A stretch of 64,000 bases of DNA from Podarcis liolepis (Eukaryota): NCBI GenBank assembly GCA_965112155.1, contig OZ218106.1; one strand, given 5' to 3'. Of the stretch, positions 60,603-64,000 are shown piece after piece. The first letter of the stretch is position 1. Each line of letters starts with the position of its first letter. The notes under the pieces are model-generated. The model did not search any database. It was not told the DNA's origin and saw only the letters and a list, made by a program, of their open reading frames with translations. Made by a program: the position numbers and the translations under genes.

Positions 60603-62085
60603 CTTGTGAGTAAGCTTGCACAAGATTGTGATATTGGCCATTTGTTTGTTCTGACAAAATGGCAATAGATAAGGCAGGCTTTGCCTTGTTGACTGAACCT
60701 TCCTGGACATTTTGCCATTTCTTGCAAAAAGCTGACAAAATGCATAGGAATGTCATGTGCGTCCAAGTATCATAATTAACTTATCTTTTCTGAGCTATTA
60801 AACAGCCACTGAGAACAGCAGAAAAAACACACAATGCGTCTCCACGTGGCTTGTGAAAACATATGGACTAATTCAATTTACAAGACTTAATTTCATCTCT
60901 TTACTGGCTCACTGTACCATTCATTTATGAAGCACAGCATCCCCTCCTGAAAGTAAGTGGCTTCAGGACCGGCTGGCGGTGCCAAATTGTACATCCTGGG
61001 TTCGTGTCCTACAAATGCACTGACGTCTGGAGCTAATAAGCTCATTAGGCATAAAACTCTACAGCCCACAACAACAAAAATTGGATAATTGGCTGTATAT
61101 ACACATTAAACAATTTGCAGCTCTTATATTCACAGACCTATTTCCTTAGGGTTTAAGGGTTGCCTTGAGACCAGGAGCAGGCTGCTGTGCTCACAAGATG
61201 CTGCTTTGTTTCAGACACGCCTTCAGAGAGCAGACACAGGAGATGCGGGGAAAAGACGGGATATGCCTTTCAGCAAAGTCATTGCTACGTTGCTTTATTT
61301 GGGTTGAAATCCCCTCAGGATCATGATCGTGTTAAACTGGCTGGCAGTCTGGCTGTATATACTGTGCTTAAGTTGCCAGGTAACCGACAGAAATAAAAAT
61401 ACATCAGTAACGTTCCTTGGGAAGCATAATGCTATTTTTATGTAAGCCAGCCTAGCAAATCAGGCTCCAAAAGTCATTAGGCCTCAAACAATTTAACATG
61501 CCAGTATGTCCAGACATACAGTAAGTATGTTCCTTGTTTGCATACCATCCAATATCTCATGGGATAAAGAGAGAGGTGCATCTGTACACCTCCTATCAAG
61601 GGTCACTGCCTGAGGAGGGCCTGTCCCCCATTACACATTGCTACAGGCTCTCCTCTGTGTCTTCTGCTGTCTGCGATATTCATAAACCTTGAAATAGCCT
61701 GTCCTGCCCTTTCTTAAAAGCTAGGAAGAAGTCTGCTTTGCTGGTTGAAGGTATACAAGAGAGTCAACTCCTGGAATCCTTAGACAGCAGCCAGAGTCCA
61801 GATGTCCTGGCAGGACCCATGGCTCATGCCTATCTTGGACCCCTTTTTATATTTTATCTCTCTCTCCTGGTACTCTGAGTAGCACCAGGAGGCTGGCGAC
61901 CGCTGCCATTTTCATTGCCTACAATGCCCCAACCTAACCTTGCTTTGAGGAATTTAAGGGCTAGCTAGATACAGCCACCCAAGCTCTCCTCAGAACACTT
62001 CTGCCACAGCTAGGTGAACCTGCCATGGTCCCACTGACAGAGGAGATGCCTGAGCAGAGGACACACCACTCAGGGCCCCCTCACA

Positions 62086-62099
62086 CCTGGAGATGGCAC
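62086..62099 (+). promoter_or_regulatory. Weaker CTCF-like motif (forward)
   Basis: CCTGGAGATGGCAC; two mismatches in the 5' half. Confidence 0.3.
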
Positions 62100-63781
62100 T
62101 GAAATGCAATAAGTACATAAGCTTTTTTCAGAAGTTCTCTTTCTGACTTGAAGGTAGTAAATGCTGATGCTGCCTTCTGTCTGTGCATGGAGAAGAGTCA
62201 TAACATCTGAAGAGGACTACTGTTGCTCTCCATTGGGTGGGGAACGTTCTCCAGTCCAGGGGCAATATTTCCTCATGGGCCATGTACCAGTGGTGGGGGT
62301 GCTCAGAGGCAAAAGTGGGTTGGGCCACAGGTAAAAGCAGAAGGAACAACAGCTGTGAATCTTACCTTTGTGCAATGGGCCACACTCCAGACACGCAAAA
62401 TCCACCTCACGCTACCACCCTTCCTCACAGAATTCACTTCTCAAGAACTCGGGAAGGGCGCTGTAGCTGCGAGAGGCACCAGTTCAGCAATCCACACTAA
62501 CAAAAACCCAAACCAAAGATGAAATATGCCCTAGACAGACAGGGACACTGGGTATTTGTGATGTATCAATAGGCTGAAAGGAAAGCGGTGGCTATGTTTT
62601 ACAAAAGTATCTTTGTACGAGCACCCTGAAGCTATTCTGACTTTCCCCACCCAGGTTGGCAGGCGAGAAACTAGTTGCAAGCCTGACTGAACCCATTTTG
62701 ACCTCATTTGGAGGAGTTGCATATCTAGGGGCAAGTACCAAGAGACCCTGACTGAGTAGATGTGTGGCAGCAACCACATACTGCCTGTTCCATCCTAGCC
62801 ATTGGAGTACTTTTCTGACATGAGAAGTGGGGGTGGGGAAGTGTCACAGTGCTATCTTTATTAAAGCTGGTTAACTATGCATTACTTTTTTCAAGCCTGG
62901 AAAACAATTCTGCACTGTATTACATCTGGGCTAGAAATAGCACTTCACGTTCACTGCAGCTGCCTGTCTGATCTTTAAAGGTCTGCCCTTAACTGTGGCC
63001 CATATAATTGTGCATCATTTTACAACACAGTCCCCTTTTTTTTTTTTTTTTTTAAAAAAAAGACATTTCGTTTTTCTTTACATAAAATTGGAAGCATTCC
63101 TGGGTTATGTATGACTGGAGCTTCAGAAATAACCTGGAGCACACACATGCCTGTAACCATTCTGACAAGCTTTCCTGAAAACAAAAGGCAGCATTCAGCG
63201 TAAGTTAACTTGGGTGCTTAAATTATCACTGACACTTGTGCAGTGGTGACCTTTGAAAAAATCTCATGAAAAGGAAGGACAAAGAAAGGCTGCTTTATAC
63301 TACAGTTCTCTGCAGCATAAAACTCAGTTCTAAATGAGCCCAGCCCACCAAGCTCGGCTTCTTGGCAACCTCCACTCATTCCCACGGGGCCTGGGCAAGG
63401 TTCTCATGAAAGACCCCTGAGAATGAGGAGACAAATATAAGTGAATGGTATGCACAGTCCATGCTATATTTGTCTCACTTGTTAAACTCTTGTCTTGTGA
63501 TGCTGAGAGAAGGAAGTTTGTGGTGGATCATTTTCACACACTTTTTTTTTTTTTTTGGAAGTCCAAACTCCTGGGGTAGGTAGCACTTTTTTTAGTTCTC
63601 ACTTTCAAAACAATATGCATCCCTGATCACGCATTTACATTGATGCGGCTTCATTTTAACACGATCAGCAGTGGTACCTTCCAGTCCATGGGGAAGTTAT
63701 TTTCCAGAAAGTTTGTTTGCCCCAAAGTTCTGGTTTCTTGCTAACAAAGAGTTTGTTTTTAAGTAGGATCATTGATGGGTC

Positions 63782-63871
63782 CACAGCTGTCCACTTTCCC
63801 CCTTTTTAAAGGGAAATTCCCTTATTCCGAATAGGATTCCTCGCAAGAAAAGGGGAAAGTTGACAGCTATG
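63782..63871. mobile_element. 90-bp hAT MITE
   Basis: TIRs CACAGCTGTCCACTTTCCCC / GGGGAAAGTTGACAGCTATG; TSD GATGGGTC / GATAGGTC (7/8). Confidence 0.85.
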
Positions 63872-63884
63872 GATAGGTCTCAGG

Positions 63885-63995
63885 CAGAGTTTAAGGCAGG
63901 GGACATTCCCAGTTGTACCTGAAGATACCAGGGATTGAATCAGCTACTGCCTGGATGAAAAATAGATGGTCTGCCACTAATTGACTTCCCTTCCT
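63885..63995 (-). mobile_element. Partial CR1-tailed SINE (head region)
   Basis: Minus strand GGAAGGGAAGTCAATTAGTGGCAGACCATCT...GATTCAATCCCTGGTATCTTCAGG. Confidence 0.55.
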
Positions 63996-64000
63996 CATCT

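Overview
Eukaryotic, repeat-rich, non-coding DNA from a squamate reptile. The repeat content (Sauria SINEs ending in CCCTTTACCTTTA, Squam3-like SINEs with (TTC)n tails, BovB) points to a lacertid lizard; this is inference. No host protein-coding gene, true tRNA/rRNA gene or CRISPR array is supported. Protein-coding remnants come from transposons: three 5'-truncated RTE-BovB copies, a full-length but dead IR/DR Tc1 element, and L2 and CR1 3' fragments. Also present are three SINE families, many hAT and Tc1/pogo MITEs (several with readable TSDs), solo LTRs, a Penelope-like fragment and microsatellites. Main points: (1) a minimal type I hammerhead ribozyme inside the Penelope-type inverted repeat (15978-16017); (2) two diverged LTR-like elements sharing an RNA stem with two compensatory base-pair changes around U-rich loops (32347-32403, 47903-47960); (3) near-consensus CTCF motifs in a divergent, boundary-like arrangement; (4) a four-level nested TE stack at 54.4-56.1 kb; (5) two candidate spliced exons. 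Family names come from pattern recognition, not database searches. Boundaries of old elements are approximate.
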